This document shows positions 24,377-35,326 of a stretch of DNA of 64,000 bases, one piece after another. The DNA lies in contig BK006934.2 in the NCBI GenBank assembly GCA_000146045.2, positions 416,001 through 480,000 on the forward strand, given 5' to 3'. A program made the translations under genes and the position numbers. The stretch comes from TPA_inf: Saccharomyces. Taxonomy: Eukaryota. Positions within the stretch are counted from its first letter, which is position 1, and each line of letters starts with the position of its first letter. The notes under the pieces are model-generated. The model was not told where the DNA came from and did not search any database. It saw only the letters and a program-made list of their open reading frames with translations.

Positions 24377-25933
24377 ATGTCGATAGCTTGGTCTAGCGTT
24401 TTCAAAAGAGAATTACGGCTTGAAAGATTTTTACCAAGAGTATATTCGACGAAAGTTCCTGATAATGCACCAAGAGCGGCTGACAATGAACAATGGCTAG
24501 AAACCCTAAGACCTATAACTCACCCAGAACAGAAAAAGTCCGACCATGATGTCAGTTACACAAGACACATTAATGTTCCTCTGGGCGAAGTCACTTCTGT
24601 CAACTATCTACAACGGTATAATAAGCATAAGCATAGCCAGGGCAATTTCGTGGATGTTCGAATAGTGAAATGCAAAAGTGGCGCTGGTGGAAGTGGAGCT
24701 GTCTCCTTCTTTAGGGATGCAGGGAGGTCTATAGGTCCTCCGGATGGTGGAGATGGGGGAGCTGGTGGTAGTGTTTATATTCAAGCTGTTGCGGGGTTGG
24801 GATCTCTGGCGAAGATGAAGACCACATATACCGCTGAAGACGGAGAAGCAGGTGCTGCCAGGCAACTGGATGGCATGCGAGGAAGAGATGTTTTAATACA
24901 AGTTCCTGTGGGTACTGTTGTAAAATGGTGCTTACCACCCCAAAAAGTTCGAGAGCTCGTGGAAAGAGAAATGCGCAAAGACAATAATGCTACATTAAGG
25001 TCTATACTTGGCTCAACAGCCGTCAACTTAAGCGTTTCTTCTGGTTCTCATCGGAAAAAAATACAACTATACAGACATGAAATGGCGGAGAGTTGGCTCT
25101 TCAAGGACAAGGCCAAGGAATACCATGAGAATAAGGACTGGTTCAAAGATTTACATAAGAAAATGGAGGCATACGACCACTCGTTAGAACAATCTGAACT
25201 GTTTAATGATCAGTTTCCACTGGCTGGTCTTGACTTAAATCAGCCAATGACGAAACCAGTATGTCTGCTGAAAGGTGGCCAAGGTGGACTCGGTAACATG
25301 CACTTTTTAACAAATTTGATTAGAAATCCAAGATTTTCCAAACCCGGCAGGAATGGGTTGGAACAGCATTTTTTATTCGAATTGAAAAGCATTGCTGATC
25401 TTGGACTCATTGGTTTGCCTAACGCTGGAAAATCAACTATACTAAACAAAATCTCAAATGCAAAACCGAAAATAGGGCACTGGCAATTCACCACACTGAG
25501 CCCTACGATTGGCACAGTTTCCTTGGGTTTTGGGCAAGACGTCTTCACTGTGGCCGATATACCTGGAATAATACAGGGAGCATCATTAGACAAAGGGATG
25601 GGTCTTGAGTTTCTAAGGCATATAGAACGTTCCAATGGTTGGGTATTTGTCCTTGACCTCTCTAATAAAAACCCTTTGAATGACTTACAATTACTGATAG
25701 AGGAAGTTGGTACTTTAGAGAAAGTCAAGACCAAAAACATACTAATTGTATGTAATAAAGTCGATATTGATGCCGAGAAATCCGAATCATTTGCCAAGTA
25801 CCTACAGGTTGAGAAATTTTCCAAAAGTCAGGAATGGGACTGTGTTCCGATAAGCGCCCTCAGAGAGGAAAACATAGATGTGTTAAAGAAAAAGATGTTT
25901 AAGTGTGCTCGTCAGTCTGAATTTGACAAGTAG
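24377..25933 (+). CDS. MTG2: Mitochondrial Obg-family GTPase Mtg2. 518 aa from MSIAWSSVF. An in-frame ATG at 24323 would add 18 aa.
   Basis: An Obg N-terminal glycine-rich fold (GGSGAVSFF..GGDGGAGGSVY) plus GTPase G-motifs (GLPNAGKST, DIPG, NKVD). The length matches YHR168W. Confidence 0.85.
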   Translation: MSIAWSSVFKRELRLERFLPRVYSTKVPDNAPRAADNEQWLETLRPITHPEQKKSDHDVSYTRHINVPLGEVTSVNYLQRYNKHKHSQGNFVDVRIVKCKSGAGGSGAVSFFRDAGRSIGPPDGGDGGAGGSVYIQAVAGLGSLAKMKTTYTAEDGEAGAARQLDGMRGRDVLIQVPVGTVVKWCLPPQKVRELVEREMRKDNNATLRSILGSTAVNLSVSSGSHRKKIQLYRHEMAESWLFKDKAKEYHENKDWFKDLHKKMEAYDHSLEQSELFNDQFPLAGLDLNQPMTKPVCLLKGGQGGLGNMHFLTNLIRNPRFSKPGRNGLEQHFLFELKSIADLGLIGLPNAGKSTILNKISNAKPKIGHWQFTTLSPTIGTVSLGFGQDVFTVADIPGIIQGASLDKGMGLEFLRHIERSNGWVFVLDLSNKNPLNDLQLLIEEVGTLEKVKTKNILIVCNKVDIDAEKSESFAKYLQVEKFSKSQEWDCVPISALREENIDVLKKKMFKCARQSEFDK

Positions 25934-26180
25934 ATCTGTACAACTCTTCGGATGTTTTTTTTCTTTTATCCCATTCAGCATAATATTATAGCATTTAGTT
26001 TTTTGCCATAGAAGCCGTGAGAAGAGGAAAAAAAAATTTTTACCTCATCGCGGATTGTAAATAGTAAATATAAACTGGCAATTTACTTAGTTTTTGAATA
26101 AATAATTGTATAGGAATATTATCAGTCGTATAATACAGACGCTTTAGATCTCCGTAGCATCATATCAGAAACTTTTCAAG

Positions 26181-27476
26181 ATGGCAGACTTTAAATCTTT
26201 AGGTCTTTCAAAATGGCTTACGGAATCCTTAAGAGCTATGAAAATTACTCAGCCAACCGCTATCCAAAAGGCTTGTATTCCCAAAATCTTAGAAGGAAGA
26301 GATTGTATTGGTGGTGCCAAGACTGGTTCTGGTAAAACTATTGCATTTGCAGGGCCTATGCTGACTAAATGGTCCGAAGATCCGTCAGGGATGTTTGGAG
26401 TGGTCTTGACCCCAACCAGAGAGTTAGCCATGCAAATTGCCGAACAATTTACTGCACTTGGTAGCAGTATGAACATTCGCGTGTCAGTTATAGTTGGTGG
26501 TGAAAGCATCGTTCAGCAGGCATTGGATTTACAAAGGAAGCCGCACTTTATTATTGCCACGCCTGGACGTCTGGCACATCATATCATGAGCAGCGGAGAT
26601 GATACCGTTGGAGGGCTAATGAGAGCTAAATATTTAGTTCTAGATGAAGCCGATATTTTGCTAACTAGCACGTTTGCCGATCATTTAGCAACATGTATAA
26701 GTGCTCTACCTCCCAAGGATAAGAGACAAACACTTCTATTCACTGCAACTATAACGGACCAAGTAAAGTCGTTACAAAATGCACCAGTGCAGAAAGGGAA
26801 ACCCCCATTGTTCGCTTACCAAGTAGAAAGTGTAGATAATGTGGCTATTCCATCGACGTTGAAAATAGAGTATATCTTGGTTCCAGAACACGTCAAAGAA
26901 GCATATTTGTACCAATTATTAACATGCGAGGAATATGAGAATAAAACCGCTATAATATTTGTAAATAGAACAATGACCGCGGAGATCCTTAGAAGAACCC
27001 TGAAGCAGTTGGAAGTGAGGGTAGCGTCGTTGCACTCTCAAATGCCCCAACAGGAAAGAACAAATTCCTTACATAGATTTCGAGCTAACGCTGCAAGAAT
27101 CCTCATCGCTACAGATGTAGCATCCAGAGGTTTGGATATCCCAACTGTTGAGCTTGTAGTGAATTACGATATACCTTCAGACCCAGATGTATTCATCCAT
27201 AGATCTGGTCGTACGGCCCGTGCTGGCAGAATTGGTGACGCCATATCATTCGTTACCCAGCGAGATGTTTCTAGGATACAGGCCATTGAGGACCGTATCA
27301 ACAAGAAGATGACAGAGACAAACAAGGTACACGATACCGCTGTAATAAGAAAAGCCTTGACCAAGGTAACCAAGGCGAAGAGGGAATCGCTGATGGCAAT
27401 GCAAAAGGAAAACTTCGGTGAGAGAAAAAGACAGCAAAAGAAGAAGCAAAATGACGGGAAAAGTTTGCGCTCTTGA
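26181..27476 (+). CDS. DBP8: DEAD-box RNA helicase Dbp8. 431 aa.
   Basis: Q-motif, a Walker A variant (AKTGSGKT), DEAD, SAT-like and HRSGRTARAGR motifs. The length matches YHR169W. Confidence 0.9.
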   Translation: MADFKSLGLSKWLTESLRAMKITQPTAIQKACIPKILEGRDCIGGAKTGSGKTIAFAGPMLTKWSEDPSGMFGVVLTPTRELAMQIAEQFTALGSSMNIRVSVIVGGESIVQQALDLQRKPHFIIATPGRLAHHIMSSGDDTVGGLMRAKYLVLDEADILLTSTFADHLATCISALPPKDKRQTLLFTATITDQVKSLQNAPVQKGKPPLFAYQVESVDNVAIPSTLKIEYILVPEHVKEAYLYQLLTCEEYENKTAIIFVNRTMTAEILRRTLKQLEVRVASLHSQMPQQERTNSLHRFRANAARILIATDVASRGLDIPTVELVVNYDIPSDPDVFIHRSGRTARAGRIGDAISFVTQRDVSRIQAIEDRINKKMTETNKVHDTAVIRKALTKVTKAKRESLMAMQKENFGERKRQQKKKQNDGKSLRS

Positions 27477-27827
27477 AAAATTCTAAATAAGATTTAAAGA
27501 CGTACATATCGTACAATCTGGATACTGTTTTCCAGGACAACTGATAGATACAATTTTGGCACATATGAAGTATGTTTCTATATAACGGGTGAGAAAATCG
27601 CTGTAAATTCAATTACGTACAATCACCGACGGGTAACTTATTTTTTTTTCTTTTTCTCTTGTAGTTGGAAAATTTTTTGAAGCTCATCGCATTGGAAAAG
27701 AAAAATTACTAGCAGTTGTGATGATTTAACTATGTTTTGAGGAACCTTGGCTTTATCTTTTATTTGTCGCCTGGTACATAACACTACATTTTATTGTCTA
27801 ATAAACGTTGAGGAATTTGACAAAAGG

Positions 27828-29384
27828 ATGGAATTCACACCTATAGATCCGCACCAGCACCAAAATGCTGCTACTCTTCTATGTTGTAACTGTGGTACCC
27901 CAATCGATGGGTCCACTGGGCTGGTTATGTGTTATGACTGTATCAAACTGACTGTGGACATTACTCAAGGTATTCCAAGAGAAGCGAACATTTCATTTTG
28001 CAGAAACTGTGAAAGATTTTTGCAACCACCTGGACAATGGATCAGAGCAGAATTAGAATCTAGAGAATTACTGGCCATTTGTTTGCGTCGTTTGAAGGGC
28101 CTAACAAAAGTCAGATTAGTGGATGCTTCATTCATTTGGACAGAACCCCATTCTAGACGTATTAGAATTAAACTTACCGTGCAGGGAGAAGCCATGACAA
28201 ATACTATTATTCAGCAAACTTTCGAAGTAGAATACATTGTTATTGCGATGCAATGTCCAGACTGTGCCAGATCCTACACTACAAATACTTGGAGGGCTAC
28301 TGTCCAAATTAGACAAAAAGTGCCTCACAAGAGAACATTTTTGTTTTTGGAACAACTGATTTTGAAACATAATGCTCATGTGGATACCATTTCCATTAGT
28401 GAAGCTAAGGACGGGTTGGATTTCTTCTATGCGCAAAAAAACCACGCAGTTAAGATGATTGATTTTTTGAACGCTGTTGTTCCGATTAAACATAAAAAGT
28501 CTGAAGAACTTATTTCTCAAGATACACATACTGGTGCATCTACTTATAAATTTTCATATTCTGTCGAGATTGTTCCTATCTGTAAAGATGACTTGGTCGT
28601 TTTACCAAAAAAACTGGCTAAATCTATGGGTAACATTTCTCAATTTGTTCTATGTTCTAAGATTTCTAACACTGTCCAGTTTATGGATCCGACTACTTTG
28701 CAAACCGCGGATCTGTCACCATCTGTGTACTGGAGGGCTCCATTCAACGCCCTGGCTGATGTGACCCAGTTGGTGGAGTTCATTGTTCTGGACGTGGATT
28801 CTACAGGTATAAGCAGGGGAAATCGTGTCTTAGCTGACATTACTGTTGCTAGAACGTCTGACTTGGGTGTTAATGACCAAGTCTACTACGTCAGGTCTCA
28901 TCTCGGTGGTATTTGCCATGCAGGTGATAGTGTTATGGGTTATTTCATTGCAAACTCGAATTACAACTCAGATCTTTTTGATGGGTTAAATATCGATTAT
29001 GTGCCTGATGTAGTTCTTGTGAAGAAATTGTATCAAAGAAAGAGCAAAAAGAGCAGACACTGGAAGTTAAAGAGAATGGCTAAGGAACACAAAGATATCG
29101 ATGCATCCTTAGATTACAATTCAAGAGCTCAAAAGCAAGAAATGGAACGTGCAGAAAAGGACTACGAATTATTCTTACAAGAATTAGAAGAGGATGCTGA
29201 ATTAAGACAAAGTGTTAACCTATACAAAAACCGCGAAGCAAATGTACCTCCTGAAGAGCATGAAATGGATGAAGACGAGGATGAAGACGCTCCACAAATC
29301 AACATTGATGAATTATTGGACGAGTTAGATGAAATGACATTAGAAGATGGAGTCGAGAACACACCCGTTGAATCTCAGCAGTAA
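27828..29384 (+). CDS. NMD3: 60S ribosomal subunit export adaptor Nmd3. 518 aa from MEFTPIDPHQ. An in-frame ATG at 27747 would add 27 aa.
   Basis: N-terminal Cys clusters (CCNCGTPI...CYDC, CRNCERF, CPDCAR) typical of Nmd3, and an acidic C-terminus carrying an NES. The length matches YHR170W. Confidence 0.9.
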   Translation: MEFTPIDPHQHQNAATLLCCNCGTPIDGSTGLVMCYDCIKLTVDITQGIPREANISFCRNCERFLQPPGQWIRAELESRELLAICLRRLKGLTKVRLVDASFIWTEPHSRRIRIKLTVQGEAMTNTIIQQTFEVEYIVIAMQCPDCARSYTTNTWRATVQIRQKVPHKRTFLFLEQLILKHNAHVDTISISEAKDGLDFFYAQKNHAVKMIDFLNAVVPIKHKKSEELISQDTHTGASTYKFSYSVEIVPICKDDLVVLPKKLAKSMGNISQFVLCSKISNTVQFMDPTTLQTADLSPSVYWRAPFNALADVTQLVEFIVLDVDSTGISRGNRVLADITVARTSDLGVNDQVYYVRSHLGGICHAGDSVMGYFIANSNYNSDLFDGLNIDYVPDVVLVKKLYQRKSKKSRHWKLKRMAKEHKDIDASLDYNSRAQKQEMERAEKDYELFLQELEEDAELRQSVNLYKNREANVPPEEHEMDEDEDEDAPQINIDELLDELDEMTLEDGVENTPVESQQ

Positions 29385-29712
29385 AAAAACACCAAAGAAT
29401 GGAGAGTAGTATATACTCTTAACAAACACTAGCATTTCAGTTTATCTATATACATATATATGGATGTAAAATGTACTTTATGGAAGAACAAGCCACCACA
29501 TGTTGAAAACTAGATAGGCAAGCAAGATTTTTCATTTGTAGAGCTCTTACGCAAGATTTTTAAACTTCCGCTTTTTTAATCCATGAGATTCCTTTGGACA
29601 CCCTTTCCGGCACGGCAAAACAAAAAAATTAAGGGAACTCATTATTTTACGATGCTACTTAGATAACTAAAGTTCATTATATTTCAACAAATATAAGATA
29701 ATCAAGAATAAA

Positions 29713-31605
29713 ATGTCGTCAGAAAGGGTCTTAAGTTATGCACCAGCTTTTAAATCATTTCTGGATACATCTTTTTTCCAAGAATTATCGAGATTGAAAC
29801 TCGATGTTCTGAAATTAGATTCAACATGCCAACCACTTACTGTGAATCTAGATTTACACAACATTCCTAAATCTGCTGATCAAGTTCCATTATTCTTAAC
29901 AAATAGAAGCTTTGAAAAACACAATAATAAGCGTACTAATGAAGTGCCTTTACAGGGCAGTATTTTCAATTTTAATGTATTAGACGAGTTTAAGAATCTT
30001 GATAAGCAACTATTTTTACATCAAAGAGCATTGGAATGCTGGGAAGATGGAATAAAGGATATCAATAAGTGTGTTTCTTTTGTGATTATTAGTTTTGCTG
30101 ACCTAAAAAAGTACAGGTTTTATTACTGGTTAGGTGTTCCCTGTTTTCAAAGACCCTCTTCAACAGTTTTACATGTGCGGCCAGAGCCGAGTTTAAAAGG
30201 GCTGTTCTCAAAGTGTCAAAAATGGTTTGATGTCAATTACTCAAAATGGGTGTGTATACTGGATGCAGACGATGAAATAGTAAATTATGACAAGTGTATT
30301 ATTCGAAAAACTAAAGTTTTGGCGATAAGGGACACTAGTACGATGGAAAACGTCCCTTCTGCTCTAACCAAAAATTTTCTCAGCGTGTTGCAATACGATG
30401 TTCCTGACTTGATAGATTTCAAACTATTAATTATTAGACAGAACGAAGGTAGCTTTGCATTAAATGCTACATTTGCTTCTATTGACCCACAATCATCCTC
30501 AAGTAACCCAGATATGAAAGTTTCTGGATGGGAAAGGAATGTGCAAGGTAAGCTAGCACCACGTGTTGTTGATTTAAGTTCATTGTTAGATCCTTTAAAA
30601 ATTGCTGACCAATCCGTGGATTTAAATTTGAAGCTAATGAAATGGAGAATTCTTCCTGACTTAAATCTAGATATCATCAAAAACACAAAAGTACTACTAC
30701 TAGGTGCTGGTACACTAGGTTGTTATGTTTCACGCGCATTGATAGCATGGGGGGTTAGAAAAATAACATTTGTGGATAACGGTACAGTTTCATATTCAAA
30801 TCCAGTGAGGCAAGCGTTATATAATTTTGAGGACTGTGGAAAGCCAAAGGCAGAACTTGCGGCTGCGTCTTTGAAAAGAATATTTCCTTTAATGGACGCT
30901 ACTGGTGTGAAATTAAGTATTCCTATGATCGGTCATAAATTAGTAAACGAGGAGGCTCAGCATAAGGATTTTGATAGATTAAGAGCATTAATAAAAGAGC
31001 ATGATATCATTTTTTTATTGGTGGATTCTCGAGAAAGCAGATGGCTTCCGTCGTTATTGAGCAACATCGAAAACAAAACCGTTATTAATGCTGCTCTGGG
31101 GTTTGATAGCTACTTAGTTATGAGGCATGGTAATAGAGATGAACAGTCTTCAAAACAACTGGGCTGTTATTTTTGCCATGATGTGGTAGCACCAACTGAC
31201 AGTTTAACTGACAGGACTTTGGATCAAATGTGCACAGTAACTAGACCCGGCGTTGCTATGATGGCCTCTTCTTTAGCAGTTGAATTGATGACTTCCTTAC
31301 TACAGACCAAATACTCTGGTTCAGAAACAACAGTATTAGGGGATATACCTCATCAAATACGTGGGTTTTTGCATAATTTTTCCATCTTAAAATTAGAAAC
31401 TCCAGCCTATGAGCATTGTCCAGCATGTAGCCCTAAAGTTATCGAAGCATTTACAGACTTAGGTTGGGAATTTGTTAAAAAGGCCTTGGAGCATCCACTT
31501 TACCTTGAAGAAATTAGCGGTTTGTCAGTCATAAAGCAGGAGGTCGAACGACTAGGCAACGATGTTTTTGAATGGGAAGATGATGAATCTGATGAGATTG
31601 CTTAA
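29713..31605 (+). CDS. ATG7: E1-like autophagy activating enzyme Atg7. 630 aa.
   Basis: A ThiF/MoeB-like adenylation domain (LLLGAGTLGCYVSRALIAWGV) with a catalytic-Cys region (TVTRPG). The length matches YHR171W. Confidence 0.9.
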   Translation: MSSERVLSYAPAFKSFLDTSFFQELSRLKLDVLKLDSTCQPLTVNLDLHNIPKSADQVPLFLTNRSFEKHNNKRTNEVPLQGSIFNFNVLDEFKNLDKQLFLHQRALECWEDGIKDINKCVSFVIISFADLKKYRFYYWLGVPCFQRPSSTVLHVRPEPSLKGLFSKCQKWFDVNYSKWVCILDADDEIVNYDKCIIRKTKVLAIRDTSTMENVPSALTKNFLSVLQYDVPDLIDFKLLIIRQNEGSFALNATFASIDPQSSSSNPDMKVSGWERNVQGKLAPRVVDLSSLLDPLKIADQSVDLNLKLMKWRILPDLNLDIIKNTKVLLLGAGTLGCYVSRALIAWGVRKITFVDNGTVSYSNPVRQALYNFEDCGKPKAELAAASLKRIFPLMDATGVKLSIPMIGHKLVNEEAQHKDFDRLRALIKEHDIIFLLVDSRESRWLPSLLSNIENKTVINAALGFDSYLVMRHGNRDEQSSKQLGCYFCHDVVAPTDSLTDRTLDQMCTVTRPGVAMMASSLAVELMTSLLQTKYSGSETTVLGDIPHQIRGFLHNFSILKLETPAYEHCPACSPKVIEAFTDLGWEFVKKALEHPLYLEEISGLSVIKQEVERLGNDVFEWEDDESDEIA

Positions 31606-31787
31606 TATTTTGCATATAATAGCATTGGTACATATTGTGGTGCCACTTTCCGTAATTAAGCTACTAAATTTTTGACTCTAACGTTTATAACATTGAATTA
31701 TTAAAATGATCTTGCTATACTATTTTGCATACATTATTTTTTGTAGTTTTAACAAGAAGACAAATTCTTGACTTTACTCACAAAACA

Positions 31788-31798
31788 TAAACATAAAA
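31788..31798 (-). promoter_or_regulatory. Perfect 11-bp ARS consensus match (TTTTATGTTTA on the minus strand) in the AT-rich ATG7-SPC97 intergenic region. Candidate replication origin core.
   Basis: The reverse complement of taaacataaaa fits WTTTAYRTTTW at 11 of 11 positions, with A/T-rich flanks. Chance matches are common, so this needs functional data. Confidence 0.2.
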
Positions 31799-32334
31799 TG
31801 TAATAAAGTCCTCAATGTTCACCGTATTTTTCAAAAAGGATCAGTGAAAGTGTCGGTAAAGCTACCTTTTTGATACTTTCTTTTTATGAGAATAAGTTGT
31901 ATTTCTTTATTATGTATGATACGGGCGTTCAATCAATACGTTTTAAGTTCGTTGCTGACGGCTAAGAAATTGGTAAGAGGAGTAGTTCCATCAATGTCTA
32001 AAGTGATATGATAAAAACTATACGATTTGAAGATCTATGCGTTCACTTCACGTATCCAAGTTTCCCCTCCTAATAATTCACATTAATTTGGCATTCATAT
32101 CTAAAGCGTTGCTATTACCCTTCCCCTGGTAGTCGCGGAACAACAAAAAACGCCAAAATAAGTAATGAAAATGTAAACAAAAAGGAACTAAGTTGAAAAG
32201 TCATCGAAAGCGATACCACCTGGTTCTTTCTTCATTATAGACTAATTGTTGCGTGCCAAGAAGTTGTTTGTGTATCCATAATATTTATTATCAAACTGAT
32301 CTAAGATTGCTTTGTACACATCTTGCGTGAAAAA

Positions 32335-34806
32335 ATGGAAATCAAAGAGGTAGATGACAGGGCAGAGCTACTGAGATATACCAACAATATTCCGTTACTT
32401 GGAAAGCTAGTCAACCATCAACCATTATGGAGTACAAATCCTAAGTTAAAGTCCTTTTCGCTAGAAAAAATATCAGCCCCTGATCAAAGGCGTGTACAAG
32501 AGGCATTAGTTGTAAAAGACCTATTAAATGTATTGATTGGACTTGAAGGAACATACATCAGATATTTTAATGATTATGAACCTAGTGACCCAGAGACACC
32601 GATAGAATTTAAGATTGCCAAGAAAATGGATCCATCATTCAAAACATTCAGTAGAAGAATTGTTAGGTATGGTAAGCAATACATGATATTAACAAGGGCG
32701 TATGAAAAATGGTCTGACACAAGCTTTGGGATGGTTTTGCAAAGATTTGCTTATGAAATCAGAAGATTCTTAGAAGACGTCTACTTAAAAACGTTAGTTG
32801 AAAGGCTTGAAAGGGACTTTAACAAAGTGCCAAACTTTTCTATCAGAGAACTAGAACAAATCATTAATGAAACAGAAGTAAACAAACAAATGGAGTTGCT
32901 GTACAATATTTATGAAGAAATTTTTAGAGAAATAGAAGAAAGAAGGACGAACCAATCTTCACAAGAAGATTTCAATAATTTTATGGACAGTATGAAGAAT
33001 GAAAGCAGCTTGCACTTACGATTAATGGTAGCATTTGACACAACAGTATATCCGGTACCCAAAGGTGGTGCCATATTGAAAATTTTTCAGCAAAAAATAC
33101 TGGAAAATTTGGGTGATAGGTCAAGCGTAATGTTTTTGAAGAAGCTATTGAATAATATAAGCCAAGACTATTGCACAATGCTGTATGAATGGCTAACACA
33201 GGGTATTTTAAACGACCCTTACCAAGAATTCATGACTTATGATGATTTGGAAGGTAAGACGGATAACATATTTGACACAAGAGACAGAGCGTGGGATACG
33301 CAATACTTCATAAGAAAAGATGTTTTGTTGCGGGATTGTGACTCAGAAGAGGATAAGAATCTACTATTCAAGATGTTAAGGACCGGTATTTTACTCAAAG
33401 TTGTTCGAGCTAGCTTACAAATACCCACCATACCTTCTAATAGCAGTGATATAACCATTCAAGAAATCAATGATTTCGCTGACTTAATGGAGGGTTCTAA
33501 TCTTGAACTTTACGTGGATAAATGTTACAGCAGAGCCAATGAAATATTTTTAAAGCTATTTTTTCAAGGTTACGATTTGATCAATGTATTAAAACATTTG
33601 CAACAAATTTTTCTTGGGTATCAATCTGGTCATAATGTTTTAAAGTTTCTAACAAAAAATATGGGTGAGTTGACCAAACACTACAGGAATGATAATAATG
33701 CAAACTATGACAAGCTGCTACAAAATTTTGAGTTAGAGAGACAATCCGAAAATCCAAACAACCTGATGAGGCAACTCCTGATGATACAGTTCGATACAGA
33801 AACACTTCCACAAGTCTTATCGCACTACCTCCAAATTTATCCAGAAGTACCTGAGAATAACTCAGCAAATGACGACAGCGACCCATTGATGCACGCGAAT
33901 AATTTCAAGAATATGAATGCCATTCTTTTTGATGAATTAAGCAAAGAACGAACGGGAGCCTACCATGGATCCAATCTAGAACTATATACTCCAAAAAGCG
34001 CAATTTATCATTTAAAATTTGACATCAACATACCTTATCCATTGAATATTATTATTAGTAGGACATGCATGATAAAATACCAAATAATCCTGCGCTACCA
34101 ACTAGTTTTACAATACCACTCAAGGCTTTTGGATGAGACTTGGATGGACTTAAACAAAACACCCAGCTGGAAATACAGAGGCTATTCGCACACTGTGAAG
34201 AGGAGGATAGTAAGGGCAACGAGAGTGCTGCATGCTAAGATGAACCACTTCATTAAAACCATCATGGAATATTTCAACCAAAACGTAATTGATAAAGAGG
34301 TATACTCATTAGAAAAGTGCTACAGAAATCCTACTCTTGCCGTTGCCATCCAAAATGAGCTAGAAGGTGGATTAACAAATATAATGACAAATCGTTGCTT
34401 GTCTGACTTGATTCCACTACAGTTACAAATATTTGACATTGTATATAAGTTTTGCAAGTTCATCAAATCTATGAGAGCAAAATTATGTCAACTGGACCCC
34501 GTACTATATGAGAAACACAAAAGCGGGATGATGAAAACACTAAACGAAGGCTATCGTACAAACAATGGCGGTCAGGAAGATGTTGGTTACCAAGAAGATG
34601 CCGCCCTGGAATTAATTCAGAAGCTGATTGAATACATTAGCAACGCGTCCAGCATTTTTCGGAAGTGTCTCATAAACTTTACTCAAGAGTTAAGTACTGA
34701 AAAATTCGACTTTTATGATAGTTCAAGTGTCGACGCTGCGGGTATAGAAAGGGTTCTTTACTCTATAGTACCTCCTCGCTCAGCATCTGCTTCTTCCCAA
34801 AGATGA
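32335..34806 (+). CDS. SPC97: Gamma-tubulin small complex component Spc97. 823 aa from MEIKEVDD. An in-frame ATG at 32323 would add 4 aa.
   Basis: A GCP/Spc97-Spc98 family architecture. Length and synteny match YHR172W. Confidence 0.85.
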   Translation: MEIKEVDDRAELLRYTNNIPLLGKLVNHQPLWSTNPKLKSFSLEKISAPDQRRVQEALVVKDLLNVLIGLEGTYIRYFNDYEPSDPETPIEFKIAKKMDPSFKTFSRRIVRYGKQYMILTRAYEKWSDTSFGMVLQRFAYEIRRFLEDVYLKTLVERLERDFNKVPNFSIRELEQIINETEVNKQMELLYNIYEEIFREIEERRTNQSSQEDFNNFMDSMKNESSLHLRLMVAFDTTVYPVPKGGAILKIFQQKILENLGDRSSVMFLKKLLNNISQDYCTMLYEWLTQGILNDPYQEFMTYDDLEGKTDNIFDTRDRAWDTQYFIRKDVLLRDCDSEEDKNLLFKMLRTGILLKVVRASLQIPTIPSNSSDITIQEINDFADLMEGSNLELYVDKCYSRANEIFLKLFFQGYDLINVLKHLQQIFLGYQSGHNVLKFLTKNMGELTKHYRNDNNANYDKLLQNFELERQSENPNNLMRQLLMIQFDTETLPQVLSHYLQIYPEVPENNSANDDSDPLMHANNFKNMNAILFDELSKERTGAYHGSNLELYTPKSAIYHLKFDINIPYPLNIIISRTCMIKYQIILRYQLVLQYHSRLLDETWMDLNKTPSWKYRGYSHTVKRRIVRATRVLHAKMNHFIKTIMEYFNQNVIDKEVYSLEKCYRNPTLAVAIQNELEGGLTNIMTNRCLSDLIPLQLQIFDIVYKFCKFIKSMRAKLCQLDPVLYEKHKSGMMKTLNEGYRTNNGGQEDVGYQEDAALELIQKLIEYISNASSIFRKCLINFTQELSTEKFDFYDSSSVDAAGIERVLYSIVPPRSASASSQR

Positions 34807-34814
34807 ACGCGGCG

Positions 34815-35153
34815 TTATGTCACTAACGACGTGCACCAACTTGCGGAAAGTGGAATCCCGTTCCAAAACTGGCATCCACTAATTGATACATCTACACACC
34901 GCACGCCTTTTTTCTGAAGCCCACTTTCGTGGACTTTGCCATATGCAAAATTCATGAAGTGTGATACCAAGTCAGCATACACCTCACTAGGGTAGTTTCT
35001 TTGGTTGTATTGATCATTTGGTTCATCGTGGTTCATTAATTTTTTTTCTCCATTGCTTTCTGGCTTTGATCTTACTATCATTTGGATTTTTGTCGAAGGT
35101 TGTAGAATTGTATGTGACAAGTGGCACCAAGCATATATAAAAAAAAAAAGCAT
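34815..35153 (-). other. A short 112-aa ORF in the ENO2 upstream region. It corresponds to the dubious ORF YHR173C and is unlikely to be protein-coding.
   Basis: It lies between the SPC97 stop and the ENO2 TATA box, it has no recognisable domain, and it overlaps the promoter/UAS region of the strongly expressed ENO2 gene. Confidence 0.3.
35134..35141 (+). promoter_or_regulatory. Candidate TATA box (TATATAAA) of ENO2, about 190 bp upstream of the ATG and followed by an A-tract.
   Basis: A TATATAAA string at 35134-35141, with a CTTCC (Gcr1-type) element nearby around 35236. Confidence 0.4.
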
Positions 35154-35326
35154 TATCTTCCTACCAGAGTTGATTGTTAAAAACGTATTTATAGCAAACG
35201 CAATTGTAATTAATTCTTATTTTGTATCTTTTCTTCCCTTGTCTCAATCTTTTATTTTTATTTTATTTTTCTTTTCTTAGTTTCTTTCATAACACCAAGC
35301 AACTAATACTATAACATACAATAATA

